Shown here: positions 1 through 14,556 of the stretch, one piece after another | Position numbering within the stretch: position 1 is the first letter of the stretch | Layout of the letters: the number at the start of each line of letters is the position of its first letter | The notes under the pieces: generated by a model | Database searches by the model: none | What the model was told of the DNA's origin: nothing | Seen by the model: the letters and a program-made list of their open reading frames with translations, nothing else | Translations under genes and position numbers: made by a program | DNA from: Octopus vulgaris | Taxonomy: Eukaryota | Direction of reading: 5' to 3' | DNA length: 64,000 nucleotides | Assembly: GCA_951406725.2 (NCBI GenBank) | Contig: OX597824.1 | Location: 82,894,001 to 82,958,000 of the forward strand

Positions 1-139
1 ATATATATATATATATATATAATACATATATATATATATATATGTATGTATTTATATATGTAAGTATGTATGCATATATGTATGCATGCATGCATGCTTG
101 TATGTATGTATGTATGTAAATATACATATATATATATAA

Positions 140-207
<68 letters not shown>

Positions 208-620
208 CGACATGTGCGCGGACTGCTACATTAATTTCAGATGCACGTGTAGAAAATTTTTTAGGCGTGCGTAGACAGCTTTATATGAAATTCTTTCGAT
301 ATACAAATATTGTCAACATCACACATACATACATACATTCATACATACATTCATACATGCATACATGCATACATACATACATACATACATTCATACATAC
401 ATACATACATACATACATACATACATACATTCATACGTACATGCATACATACATACGTACATACATACATACATACAAACATACATACATACATACATAC
501 AAACATACATACATACATACATTCACACATACATACATACATACATACATACATATGTATACACACACATACATACACACACACATACATACATATATAC
601 ATGTATTCATACATGCATTT
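1..620. repeat. (TA)n / (TATG)n / (CATA)n microsatellite block
   Basis: Tandem di- and tetranucleotide runs; they produce the spurious HTYI/MYVC ORFs. Confidence 0.95.
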
Positions 621-956
621 ATTTATGTATGTTTACATGCACCACACATACACCCAAGCATGCATACATACGTACATGCACTAACACATGTATTCTTTAT
701 GTGCATATACGATAACTGTATTGCAACATTGAGGTACGCGTGCAATTTAAGGGTATATATATATATATATATATATATATCCAGTGTATAGCATACACAC
801 ATACTTGCATTCAATTTGCGTGCACTGCTGAACACACACCCACACACACATACACGCACAGGCACACGCGTAAATTACAGGTGTACAGATTGTTAAGCGG
901 ATATGAAATGTTCAGGAAAGCACCACCAGATGAGTAACAGAGCTCGCCACTTGAGG

Positions 957-1893
<937 letters not shown>

Positions 1894-2352
1894 CTACGTA
1901 AGCTATTTGCAGTCTTAATCAAAGAAGCAGACGACAAGAAAAATCATAAAATTTTCTAAACCTTTGGACATGTTGAATATGTCTGGGTCAAAGGTGTCAG
2001 AAGTAGAGAAAGAGAGAGAGAAAGTATGAGTCGGTAATAAAGAGAGGGAAAGTGTGTGAAAGAAGGAGGGAGGGAGGGAATAAAAGGGTGGGAGGAAATA
2101 AAGAAGTAAAAGTGTAGGCGAGAGAATGGGGGAATTAGTGGGGGAGAGACAGGAGGGAGAGTGAGAGAGCGCGAATGAGTTAATTAGTGAGGGACAGGGG
2201 GGGTAAGTGAATGTGAAAGGGAGAGATGTGAGAGAGGGGTGTATGTATGCGTGTATGAGCGACAGTGAGTGATGAGTGAGTGTGAGAGAGAGAGAGAGAG
2301 AGAGTAAGCTGGATAGAGCGTCAGAGAGATATGATGAGAGAGAGAGACAGAG

Positions 2353-2750
2353 TCTTTTACTTGTTTCAGTCATTGTGCTGCGGCCTAGCTGGGGCACCAA
2401 CTTAAAGAGTTTTTTAATCGAAGAAATCCACCACCCCACCCCACCCCATGGCTTATTCTTTGTAAGCCTAGTACTTATTCTATCGGACTCCTTTGCCGAA
2501 CCGCTAAGTTACAGGGACGTAAACACACCAACATCGGTTGTCAAATGATAGTGGGGGAGGGAGGCAAGGACAGACGCAAAGACGCACACACACACACAAG
2601 TATATATATATACACACATACGACGGGCTTCTTTCAGTTTCCGTCTACCAATCTACTCGCGAGGCTCTGGTCGGCCTGGGGCTTATAGCTGGAGATGCCT
2701 GCCCAAGGTGCCACGCGGTGGGACTGAACCAGGAACCATGTGGTTGGAAG
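2353..2750 (-). mobile_element. SINE family A, 5'-truncated, diverged
   Basis: Matches the family A tail, internal CA/TA tract and B-box region; the A box is missing. Confidence 0.85.
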
Positions 2751-3134
2751 AGAAAGATGTAGAAGAGAAAATGAAAGAGGGAGAAAGCAGAGATAAGAGA
2801 TAATGAGAGTGAGGGAAGTGGGGAAATGATGAAAGAGGTGTTAGAAATAAGGGAGAAAGAGACGGTACAAGAGAAAGTGGGGTAGGGAGTAAAGAAAGAG
2901 TAAGAGATGTGAGAGAAGGGGAGTATGAGGGAAAGTGCTGGGTGACAGAGAGGGGGAGAAAGAGACAGTTGGAGAGAAAGTGAGGTAAGTGATGTGAGAA
3001 AGCTGGCAGGGAAAGGGTGAAAGAAAGAGTCAATGAGAGAGAGACTCTGACAAGGGAAGGGAGACTAAAGGATATATGTGAGAGAGATGGGAGTTACAAA
3101 GGGACAACGTCAGACAGACGGGGAAAGGGAGAGA

Positions 3135-3735
3135 AAGAAAGAGTGAGAGATATGAGAAAGAGTGAGAGATATGAGAAAGAGTGGGAGATATAAGAAAGAG
3201 TGAGAGATATGAGAAAGAGTGAGGGATATGAGAAAGAGTGAGAGATATGAGAAAGAGTGAGAGATATAAGAAAGAGTGAGGGATATGAGAAAGAGTGAGA
3301 GATATGAGAAAGAGTGAGAGATATAAGAAAGAGTGAGGGATATGAGAAAGAGTGAGAGATATAAGAATGAGTGAGGGATATGAGAAAGAGTGAGAGATAT
3401 GAGAAAAGTTGGGAGAAAGCGAAAATGAGAAACTGAAACAGAAGATGGAGAAAGAGAAAAGATGGGAGATAGGGTTTCTTAGAGAGAGAGTGTATGTGTG
3501 TGAGCGAGTAAGCGAGTCAGAGTGAAAGTGTAAGAGATATATGTGTGTAAAAGAGAAAGCGTAAGAGATATATGTGTGTAAGAGAGAAAGCGTAAGAGAT
3601 ATATGTATATAAGAGAGAAAGCGTAAGAGATATATGGTGTGTAAGAGAGAAAGCGTAAGAGATATGTGTGTGTAAGAGAGACGGCGTAAGAGATATAAGT
3701 GTGTAAGACAGAAAGTGTAAGAGATATATGTGTGC
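3135..3735. repeat. two purine-rich minisatellites
   Basis: About 19-bp unit GAAAGAGTGAGAGATATGA at ~3135-3410; about 30-bp unit GTAAGAGATATATGTGTGTAAGAGAGAAAGC at ~3525-3735. Confidence 0.9.
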
Positions 3736-4494
3736 GAGAGACAAAAAAAGTGAGTAGACGACTGCAGGTCCCGCCAATACAAAATGCAATGGGGTTAGGC
3801 TGGAGTTGTACAAAAATCAGCCACAACAGATGTCAGTTAGTCTGTGAAGAAGCCCAGCAGTAGCAACAATAATCCAACAGATCTATAATCAAAGACTGTT
3901 CTAAGATAATCCAGACGTGGCAATCCACGTCTTCTTTATGCGACGGAGACAGTAGGTTTATCTGGGACTACGTTACTCAATGCATTTTTCTTTCACAGTC
4001 GTGTTGTTTAGCCCTAGGTCAGTCAGTCCTGTTCTGCCCACACCTATGACGAAGTGTATTCCAGCCGTGACAAAACCAGTGATTTTTATTATCATATTAA
4101 TAGGATTACCACACTTTTTAAATAATAGCATTCCAGTCATGCCCACCCAGAGCACCCTTCCTTGTTGCTGTTGTTAAATCTATCTCCACAACAGTCCTGA
4201 CACAAAATCATCATCATCACCACCATCTTCATCATCATCATCATCATCATCATCAACTCCAAAGCGTTTGAACATTTGCATATTGCTGTTGCTCGTAGTT
4301 TAGCCCCGGGTCAGCCATGGTCGTGCCAGACATGAGTAAGCATCTCTACGTGTATTCTCTTTCATTCCGGCATAACGCATCGAGGACTACATTCAACGAT
4401 GTGCCGTCTCCACTTTGCAACGAGTGATCTGAAAAATTTAGCTGCTATTTCTTGCAGGAAGAGCGACTGCATACAGGCTCCCAATTTTTCCACG

Positions 4495-4535
<41 letters not shown>

Positions 4536-5091
4536 CACTTGTGCCTGAATGTAGTCTTGTATACATGCGTATAGGTGTGAGTGTGTATGTGTGTGTGTTG
4601 GTCGTGCATGTGTGTGCGTGTCTGGTCGCGAGCGCGTGTATATATGCTGTATTGTGTGCATATATACGTATGTGCATACACTTTGCGTAGATACGTATGT
4701 ATACATTAACACACACACACACACACACATATATATTTATGTATACATATATTTGCCCATACGTACGCATTTGTGTGTATACCTGTAATACTCTCCACAA
4801 GTTTACATGTTGCATTTATATAGGATTATTTACGCGTTTCACACATACACGCACGAGCACATGCGTACATACACATATGTACACACATCCACTTAGCCCT
4901 GACCACTCTTGCATGGTCGATTCGGTCTGTAAAAAAATAGCAGCCATATCTTCTACACGCGGTAACTTACTGTCTTAGTAAGAAGAAAAAAAATCCCTTT
5001 GAACAAGAAACTGAAATCTTTGCGCAGAGCCAGAAAGACGGTATGGTAAAAATTGTGATGCCTTTGATCAAGATGACCTAAGACTAAACAG

Positions 5092-5159
<68 letters not shown>

Positions 5160-5167
5160 CTCTCATT

Positions 5168-5618
5168 CTTGTTTCAGTCATTTCACTGCGGCCATGCTGG
5201 AGTACTGTCTTTAGTCGAACTAATCGAGCCCAGGACTTATTCTTTGTAAGCCTAGTCACTTTTTCAAGCGGTCTCTTTTGCCGAAGCGCTAGCTTACGGG
5301 GACGTAAACATACCAACATCGGTTGTCAAGTGATGGTGGGAGGGAGACAAGCACAGACACACACACAAATATATACATGCATATATATATATGTGTGTGT
5401 GCGTGTGTGTATGTATGTATTTATGTATGTATATGTGTTTGTGTATCTGTTTGTCCTCCCACCATCAGTTGACAACCGATGTTGTTGTGCTTATGTCCCC
5501 AATAGAATAAGTACTAGGCTTACAGAGAATAAGTTCTGGGGTCCATGTGCTCGACTAAAGGCGGTGCTCAAGTATGACCGCAGTCAAAGTGACTGAAACA
5601 AGTAAAAGAATAAAAGAA
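5168..5618. mobile_element. two family A 3' halves in inverted orientation, joined at the internal microsatellite
   Basis: 5168-5360 is a minus-strand tail half and 5441-5618 a plus-strand tail half; only CA/TA/TG repeats lie between them. Confidence 0.85.
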
Positions 5619-6079
5619 TATGTGTGTGTGTGTGTGTGTGTGTATGAGCGTATGCATGTATTTATGCATATATATATATATATATATATATATACCGCCT
5701 ATAAATCTAGCTGTATATAAGGCTTATAAATGCACGTGTGTACATACAAATGCATACATACATGCACACACACACATATACACATACACACAGATATTCG
5801 TGTTACGGTTGCTATACGTCTACGAAAATGTCCAATCTTGCATGTTTTGGCAAAGGGTGAACCAAAAAGCCCCGACGTCTACAATGCTCATTAAAGACGG
5901 CGAAACATTTTATATAGCAGTTAAATGTTGATATATAAATACATATATAGCGTGTATGTCCAGCGTACGCTAATGAACAACACGAGCACACACACACACA
6001 CACACACACATTTATATATGTATTCAGAGAAAGAGAAGAGAAAGAGATGGGAGGAGGATATACAATGCTTCATCAGATA

Positions 6080-6475
6080 TCTTTATATATAAAAGAGAAG
6101 TTGTGTGTCTGTCTCCTACGATTTAGATTAACTACTCCCACATTTTGCGGTGTAGTTTAACCAAAACCGGGTATCTTATAGTCGTGATTCATATCGAGCC
6201 CTTCTGGGTATTAGCGCGCGTCTACGATGAGTCTACGATTTTAAAAAAAATTACCATCAATTTTTTCCATTTTAATGCATTTTTTCGCTATTATATAAGG
6301 GAAGTAACTCTCTAAAAATGTCTACGATGAGTCAACGATTTAAAAAAAAAATTATTATCATTTTTTTTTTCCAGTTTTAATGCATTTTTTTGCTATTTTT
6401 TGGCTATAACTCTCTAAAAATGCTTATATAGTTATTTCCCTTACAAACCCGAGCAACGCCGGGCGATACTGCTAG
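6080..6475 (+). mobile_element. non-autonomous Helitron (body type 1)
   Basis: 5' A|TCTTTATATATAAAA; 3' hairpin CCCGAGCAACGCCGGG followed by ATACTGCTAG|T; no TSD; internal ~100-bp tandem duplication. Confidence 0.85.
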
Positions 6476-6733
6476 TGATATATATATAGCATACATATAC
6501 CCGCACGTTTGTGTATGTGTGTGTGTGTGTGTGTGTGTGTTTGTGTGTTTGTGCGTGCATGCATGTGAGCGTGTGTGCGTAGAAATTGGGAAAAAAGTCA
6601 GGCACACATACATACAAACCCTTACAGGTTGTTAATAGAGAATGACAGAACATGGCGAGCGAGCATGGCGAAATATGTAAATAAACATTTCTTGGTACGA
6701 AAGAGAGAGAGATAGAGAGAGCGAGCGAGAGAG

Positions 6734-6799
<66 letters not shown>

Positions 6800-7239
6800 T
6801 GTGTGTCTGTGTCTGTGTGTCTGTGTAATTAGCATGATAATACCCTACAAACTCTGCATTACACGTCAACCTTGAAAATATTGTGGCTGGGATATTTTCC
6901 ATTCGTCTAGTAAATATAAAACTGTATATACATACACACAGATACACACAGATACGCACACAAGTATTATGCATATATATTTATATAAATGCAAATAGAT
7001 ATGGATTATATATAAAACGTTAAAAATATATTTCCACGGTAATTATAAAAAAAGACAGGCAGGCAGGCAAACAGACAGAGAGTAAGAAGGAAGCAGGGAG
7101 AGAGAGAGAGAAAGAGTGTGTGTGTGATACAGGATTCCAATGGGGTGACAAATATCTTAAATTTTGTTCTTTAGTTCCTGATTAGCCATAGACGAAACAG
7201 AATATGTTTTGTCGGACTATCGAGGACTTCAAAACACAC

Positions 7240-7572
7240 AACACACACACACATATACGTACATACGTACGTACATACATACATACATACATGCATGCAT
7301 ACATACATACATACATACATACATACATACATACATACATACATGCATGCATGCATACATACATACATACATACATACATACATACATACATACATACAT
7401 ACATACATACATACATACATACATACATACATGCACACACACATACATACATACACACATACATACACACATACATACATACATACATACATACATACAT
7501 ACATACATACATACACACATACATACATACATACATGCATGCATGCATGCATGCATACATACATACATACAT

Positions 7573-7607
<35 letters not shown>

Positions 7608-7762
7608 TACAGACACACACACATACATACATACACATACATACATACATACATACATACATACATACATACATACACACATACATACACACACATACAT
7701 ACATACACACACACATACATACATGCATATATACACACATACATACATACATACATACATAC
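7240..7762. repeat. (CATA)n/(CA)n microsatellite
   Basis: Tandem repeat. Confidence 0.95.
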
Positions 7763-8278
7763 ATGTGGTAAAGTTTTGAGAATTTGCGTAAAGAACGACT
7801 TTTTTTCCGGTACATAACCGAATGAACCACCAACATCGAAAAACCAAAAAGTCATGCTGGAATCCTCGAATGACTCCCAAGAACCCTGACAAAGTATATA
7901 GTGTCTTTATCGTACATAAAAACACAAAACTACAAAACGGTGATTAATACATCTTAATAGGCTCCTTGGTCTGCCTCGTGGGGTATTGTTTATATTTACG
8001 CGAAACATGTGGTAGTTTGTAAGTGTCTATAAAAATTCGAAATTCGATGATGTCTTGTTTTGTGTCTATAAAAAAATATATTCTCGAAACCGGTTTAGTT
8101 CACTTTGCTTAATAAATAAATCTTCGTAGCCACTTACGCACAGTATAATGATGGCTTGTTGTTAACATGCGGGTATAAACTAGCGTTTCGTTTGGATACC
8201 TACGCGTACACCCAACAACTTTACCTATACATGCATGTATATGTACGTATATATGTATGTATATCTGTCTATCTCATA

Positions 8279-8368
<90 letters not shown>

Positions 8369-8375
8369 GTATATA

Positions 8376-8895
<520 letters not shown>

Positions 8896-9212
8896 TCTAT
8901 GTTTATATACACGCGTCCTTTTGAGCGAAACCTAATGTTTACATTTATGTTTGCGGCATGTTACTGGTTGTAAACATTGGCAGTGACATGGCTTAGTCAA
9001 CAGTACACGCGCTCAAATGCAGAGGCACGCTAATATGAATGCATTCAATGCGTGCGTATACACACATAGACATACACACACACACAAACGCATTCATGCA
9101 TATATATATATATATATATATACACCACAAATACACTGATATTTAACGACGTATAGATATACAAAGAATTATACATACAGGAAAGCGTAGACAAGCATAC
9201 GTACACAGACGC

Positions 9213-9269
<57 letters not shown>

Positions 9270-9369
9270 TAAGGACTGAACACGAAAAGTGGACAGTCAA
9301 CATGTAGATATAGACGTCAAATCGCCATTCTCCACAAAGATGATGTTCTCAAATAAAATAAAATTCAGC

Positions 9370-9404
<35 letters not shown>

Positions 9405-9596
9405 AACGTATGAATACAGTCACACAGCCAATAGAAAACACACGTAGTTGAACACACGTATACAAAAATACACGCCGTGTACAATCACACACAACTATAC
9501 ACACATATACATCTTTGTGTGACATTTTATTCGAGAGACATGACAGAGATAGTAAATAGAAAAACACAGGCATGGTATACATGTATGTATTTATGC

Positions 9597-9629
<33 letters not shown>

Positions 9630-9674
9630 GACATACAAACACTCACTAACATACACGCGTGCACACACACATAT

Positions 9675-10084
9675 ACTCTTTACTCTTTTACTTGTTTCAG
9701 TCATTTGACTGCGGCCATGCTGGAGCACCGCCTTTAGTCGAGCAAATCTACCCCGGGACTTATTCTTTGTAAGCCCAGTACTTATTCTATCAGTCTCTTT
9801 TTCCGAACCGCTAAGTGACGGGGACGTAAACACACCAGCATCGGTTGTCAAGCAATGCTAGGCGAGCAAGCACAGACACACAAACACACACACATACATA
9901 TATATATATATACATATATATACGACAGCCTTCTTTCAGTTTCTGTCTACCAAATCCACTCACAAGGCATTGGTCGGCCCGGGGCTATAGCAGAAGACAC
10001 TTGCCCAAGATGCCACGCAGTGGGACTGAACCCTGAACCATGAGGTTGTTTAGCAAGCAACTTACCACAGCCACTCCTGCGCCT
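9675..10084 (-). mobile_element. SINE family A, full length
   Basis: tRNA-like head (A box, B box GGTTCAGTCC), CTTGGGCAAGTG CORE-like segment, internal microsatellite, (AAAAGAGT)n tail. Confidence 0.93.
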
Positions 10085-10525
10085 ATGTGTGTGTGTTTGT
10101 GTGTCTGTGTTTGTATATATACACACACAAATTGTTAGGTAAGCAGAATGTCAAAATATTGGTTAAACATGAAAAAACGGGTGTCTGTACTATGTTGTTT
10201 TTATAGACTTTTAAAACAAATATTTTCAAGGATAAGAATAAGGAAGCATTGATACAGGACTTATGCATACGTACGTACATACATATATACATACATACAT
10301 ACATACATACATACATACATACATACATGCATACATACATACACACATACATACATACATACATACATACATACATACATGCGTGTGTAGCTGCATGCAT
10401 GCAAACATACATATATACATACATACATATACACAGACAAATATGTATATATATATATATATATCATGTATATACATATATACAATATGTATGCATGTAT
10501 GTATATATGTATGTATGCATGAATG

Positions 10526-10567
<42 letters not shown>

Positions 10568-11090
10568 CATGTATGTATGCATGCATGAATGCTTACATAT
10601 ATATATGTATGCATGAATGCATACATATATATGCATGCATGACTGCATATATATATATATATATATATATACACGCATGCACACACACACACATGCACAC
10701 GCTGAGGGAGTTGGTTGGTTGGGAGAAAACACAGAGACAAATTAAGAAATAATTAATACATAGAAAATTAATTAGCAAACAAAAGTTGAACGACAAAATA
10801 TTTTTTGAGCATTTAGTAAAAACAAATTATAAAAAAAAATATGTATGTATAATCGTAGCAAAACAATCTGTGTAAAATAATGTGCTTAAAACCAAAAAAA
10901 AAAAATATTTATTTGATAATATAATAAAGTTTATAAAACAATCATTGAAAATGTTTTATAAAGATATATAATTTTTACTCAGATATATATGTGTGTATAT
11001 AAAATAATGTAAATACAACTTATGTATGAAATAATTTGAATAAAAATTAATATAGATAAAATAATGCATATAAAATAATTTGTAATGTAA

Positions 11091-11150
<60 letters not shown>

Positions 11151-11644
11151 CAATTAAAACTTAAAATATCTTTAGAAGTAATTTGTCCGTGACACGAACC
11201 GTTGCTTACCTTGGAATAAAATGCTTAGGTTTAAAACCACTATTATCATTAATAGTAAGTATCATAACCATCATCATCATCATCATCACCATCTTCATCA
11301 TCATCATCATCATCATCATCATTAGTTGGCCTTCCTAATAATAGTAATATTGTAGTCGTAGTAGTAGTCGTAGTTAGTAATTGTAATTTTAGTTGTAGTA
11401 GTCGTAGTAAGAGTGTATTTCACTATTGTGCGTATGTGTATGTTTATAGATGTATAAGTGTGTGCGTGTATCTTTATTTATATATAGATATATATGTAGA
11501 GTGTGTGTATGTGTATATATATGTATATGTGTGTGTATTTCCCGCACAAACCTTCACAGTCCTGTATCAATTTGGTTGGGAATTTTGTGGTGTGACTGGA
11601 AAGGAGCAAATAGAATTAGAGGGAGAAAGGGAGTAAAAAGCAAA

Positions 11645-11686
11645 TGAGGTCATCATTGGCTGTTACCTTATATGGCAACAGCCAAT
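11645..11686. promoter_or_regulatory. candidate cis-regulatory palindrome: inverted CCAAT boxes flanking a CArG box
   Basis: ATTGGCTGTT-A-CCTTATATGG-C-AACAGCCAAT at 11655-11686; CArG at 11666-11675; TGAGGTCA at 11645-11652. The sequence is unique in the window. Function is inferred only. Confidence 0.5.
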
Positions 11687-12399
11687 CAAAACAACCGGTT
11701 TCGACTAAGAAAACCGAACAAGTCAAGACATGTCTCTGCTGTTCTGGGTTCTCTCCCTCCACTGTCTGTGGGGTTTTTTTTTGTTTCCTTGTGTTTTTTA
11801 GAGGGGCCCCTGTTTTTATTTTTGTTATTACTTCCCTCTTTCTGTTCCTGTTTTTTTTTTTTTTTTCCTCTTTCCTAACTCTCACTTTCCCTTAAATGTC
11901 CCCCTTCTCTTCTAAAGCTTTTAAAAACAAATGTCGCCTCGCCTCGCCTCGCCTCGTCTCGTCTCTATTAAGCGCAATAACGATGCGGGGAGAGAGAGAG
12001 AAAAAATCTGTTATAAGCAACTAGTTTTACGCGAAACACCGTACTCTCTGTTCGAAAGAAGACAAGGGCTCGCACACACACACACACAGACACACACACA
12101 CACACACATACACATAATGCATGCATACGGTTCTTGCATGTACACACACACATACATGCTCCGACATGTGCGTATGCATGCATACATAAACATGCAAACG
12201 CCATGTATTGACATGCACTCACATGTTCACAGCTTTGTCACTGCATCATTGCCGCCACCACCAACAACAACAACAACGGGAGTCTCTATGTGGTCGCTCG
12301 ACCCTGCTAAAAATATCAGCCAAATCTCTCTCTCTCTCTCTCTCAAATCACACCCTATTGACATCAATAATTAAAGGACGCGTTGTAAATATTGGATAT

Positions 12400-13183
12400 T
12401 TCTTTACTGCCCACAAGGGGGCTAAATAAACGTAGAGGGGACAAACAAGGACAGGACAAAGGGATTAAGTCGATTACATCGACCCCCAGTGCGAAACTGG
12501 TACTTTATTTATCGACCCCGAAAAGATGAAAGGCAAAGTCGACCTTAGATACACAATATATTAACAAACAAAAAAAGGTGGGGAACTCTGGACTGGAATG
12601 CTTTTAGCGTTTTCAATCAGAGTTTTGCAAAGTTAGAGGTGACCTCGGGTTAAACAAAATGTCTTCTTTACTGCCCACAAGGGGCTAAACGTAGAGGGGA
12701 CAAACAAGGACAGGACAAAGGGATTAAGTCGATTACATCGACCCCCAGTGCGAAACTGGTACTTTATTTATCGACCCCGAAAAGATGAAAGGCAAAAGTC
12801 GACCTTAGATACACAATATATTAACAAACAAAAAAAGGTGGGGAACTCTGGACTGGAATGCTTTTAGCGTTTTCAATCAGAGTTTTGCAAAGTTAGAGGT
12901 GACCTCGGGTTAAACAAAATGTCTTCTTTACTGCCCACAAGGGGCTAAACATAGAGAGGACAAACAAGGACAGACAAAGGGATTAAGTCGATTACATCGA
13001 CCTCCCCCAGTGCGAAACTGGTACTTTATTTATCGACCCCGAAAAGATGAAAGGCAAAGTCGACCTTAGATACACAAAATATTAAAAAAAAAAAATGGTG
13101 GGGAACTCTGGACTGGAATACTTTTAGCGTTTTCAATCAGAGTTTTGCAAAAGTTAGAGGTGACCTCGGGTTAAACAAAATGT
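12400..13183 (-). repeat. tandem triplication (~261-bp unit) of a family B 3' half plus flanking DNA
   Basis: Near-identical units start at ~12400, ~12665 and ~12925; each ends GGGTTAAACAAAATGTC. Confidence 0.92.
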
Positions 13184-14152
13184 CATTTGCAGTTTGATAG
13201 TTGCAATGGCTACTTTGAAGAACAAAGCTAACAAACGTAGATATGAAAGTTTTTTGGGTTTTTTTCTGTCTATTAATCAATCTGTCAATTTATATGTCTG
13301 CCTGTCTGTCTGTCTATCTGTCTGTTAGTCTGTCTGTCTGTTTTTGTTTTTAAGCTTCGTAGTTGTCCAAAACTTTGCTTTGTGAGAAATAATAATACAC
13401 ACACGCACGCGCACACACATACACGTACATACGCGCACATACACAAAGTTGTGTGTGTGTGCGGGGGGAGGGGTTAACATATTCGGACGTATGTTACAGT
13501 GAGTAAACATCCGAAACAAAATGTGTGTGTGTGTGTGTGTGTGCGAGTGCGTGTGTGTGTGAGTGCGTGTGCGTGTGTGCGTGAACGCGTGTGTGTGTGC
13601 GTGTGTGTGTTTGAGTGTGAGTGAGTGCGTGCGTATGTGTGTGTGTGTGTCAGTGTGTGAGTGCGTGCGTGTGAGTGTGTGCGTGTCTGCGTGTGTATGT
13701 GTGAGTGCGTGCGTGTGAGTACGTGTGTGTGTGAGTGCGTGTATATGAGTGCGTGCGTGTGTTTGTGTGTGAGTGAGTGCGTGCGTGTGTGTCTGTCAGT
13801 GTGTGAGTGCGTGCTTGTGAGTGAGTACGTGTGTGTGTGTGAGTGAGTGCGTGTTTGTGTGTGTGTGTGCTTTTTTGACAATAAATATCGGCGAAAGGAC
13901 GTAAATACCGATGAGAAAGCAAATAAATAAACCGGTGCTTTCGAACAAAAAATACCTTGCGGTTCCGTTCCACCCGGGGTGCATAAACAGACGTTCTTTT
14001 GTCACTAACGTCGCTATAAAAACAGTGAGCCAGTGGACTGGTTCGTTGGAAACAAGTAACCAGCGACGCTTATATTTCGCGATATAAATAGTTACGGTAT
14101 TTTGTCCGACGCTATTTTGATTCTGTAACACACGGCACTTCTAGGCTCTCTT

Positions 14153-14551
14153 TCTCTCTTTTACTCTTTTACTTGTTTCAGTCATTTGACTGCGGCCATG
14201 CAGGAGCACCGCCTTTAGTCGAGCAAATCGACCCCGGGACTTATTCTTTTGTAAGCCCAGTACTTATGCTATCGGTCTCTTTTTGCCGAACCGCTAAGTG
14301 ACGGGGACGTAAACACACCAGCATCGGGATTTCAAGCAATGATAGGGGGACAAACACAGACACACACAAGCACACATACACACACATATATATATACACA
14401 TATATACGACAGGCTTCTTTCAGTTTCCGTCTACCAAATCCACTCACAAGGCATTGGTCGGCCCGAGGCTATAGCAGGCCACGCAGTGGGACTGAACTTG
14501 GAACCATGTGGTTGGTTAGCAAGCTACTTACCACACAGCCACTCCTGCGCC
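14153..14551 (-). mobile_element. SINE family A, full length with a small deletion
   Basis: Family A head and tail are both present; it abuts the TTAGGG MITE. Confidence 0.92.
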
Positions 14552-14556
14552 TTCTT

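Noticed and set aside
9845-10043. Recurrent peptides such as RCHAVGLNPEPCGW and LPNPLTRHWSARGYSRRHLPK
   Set aside because: They are translations of SINE family A and recur with every copy, with random frameshifts.
12400-13183. Possible CRISPR array (also considered at 37395-37555)
   Set aside because: Here the whole unit is duplicated with no unique spacers; the context is eukaryotic and there are no cas genes.
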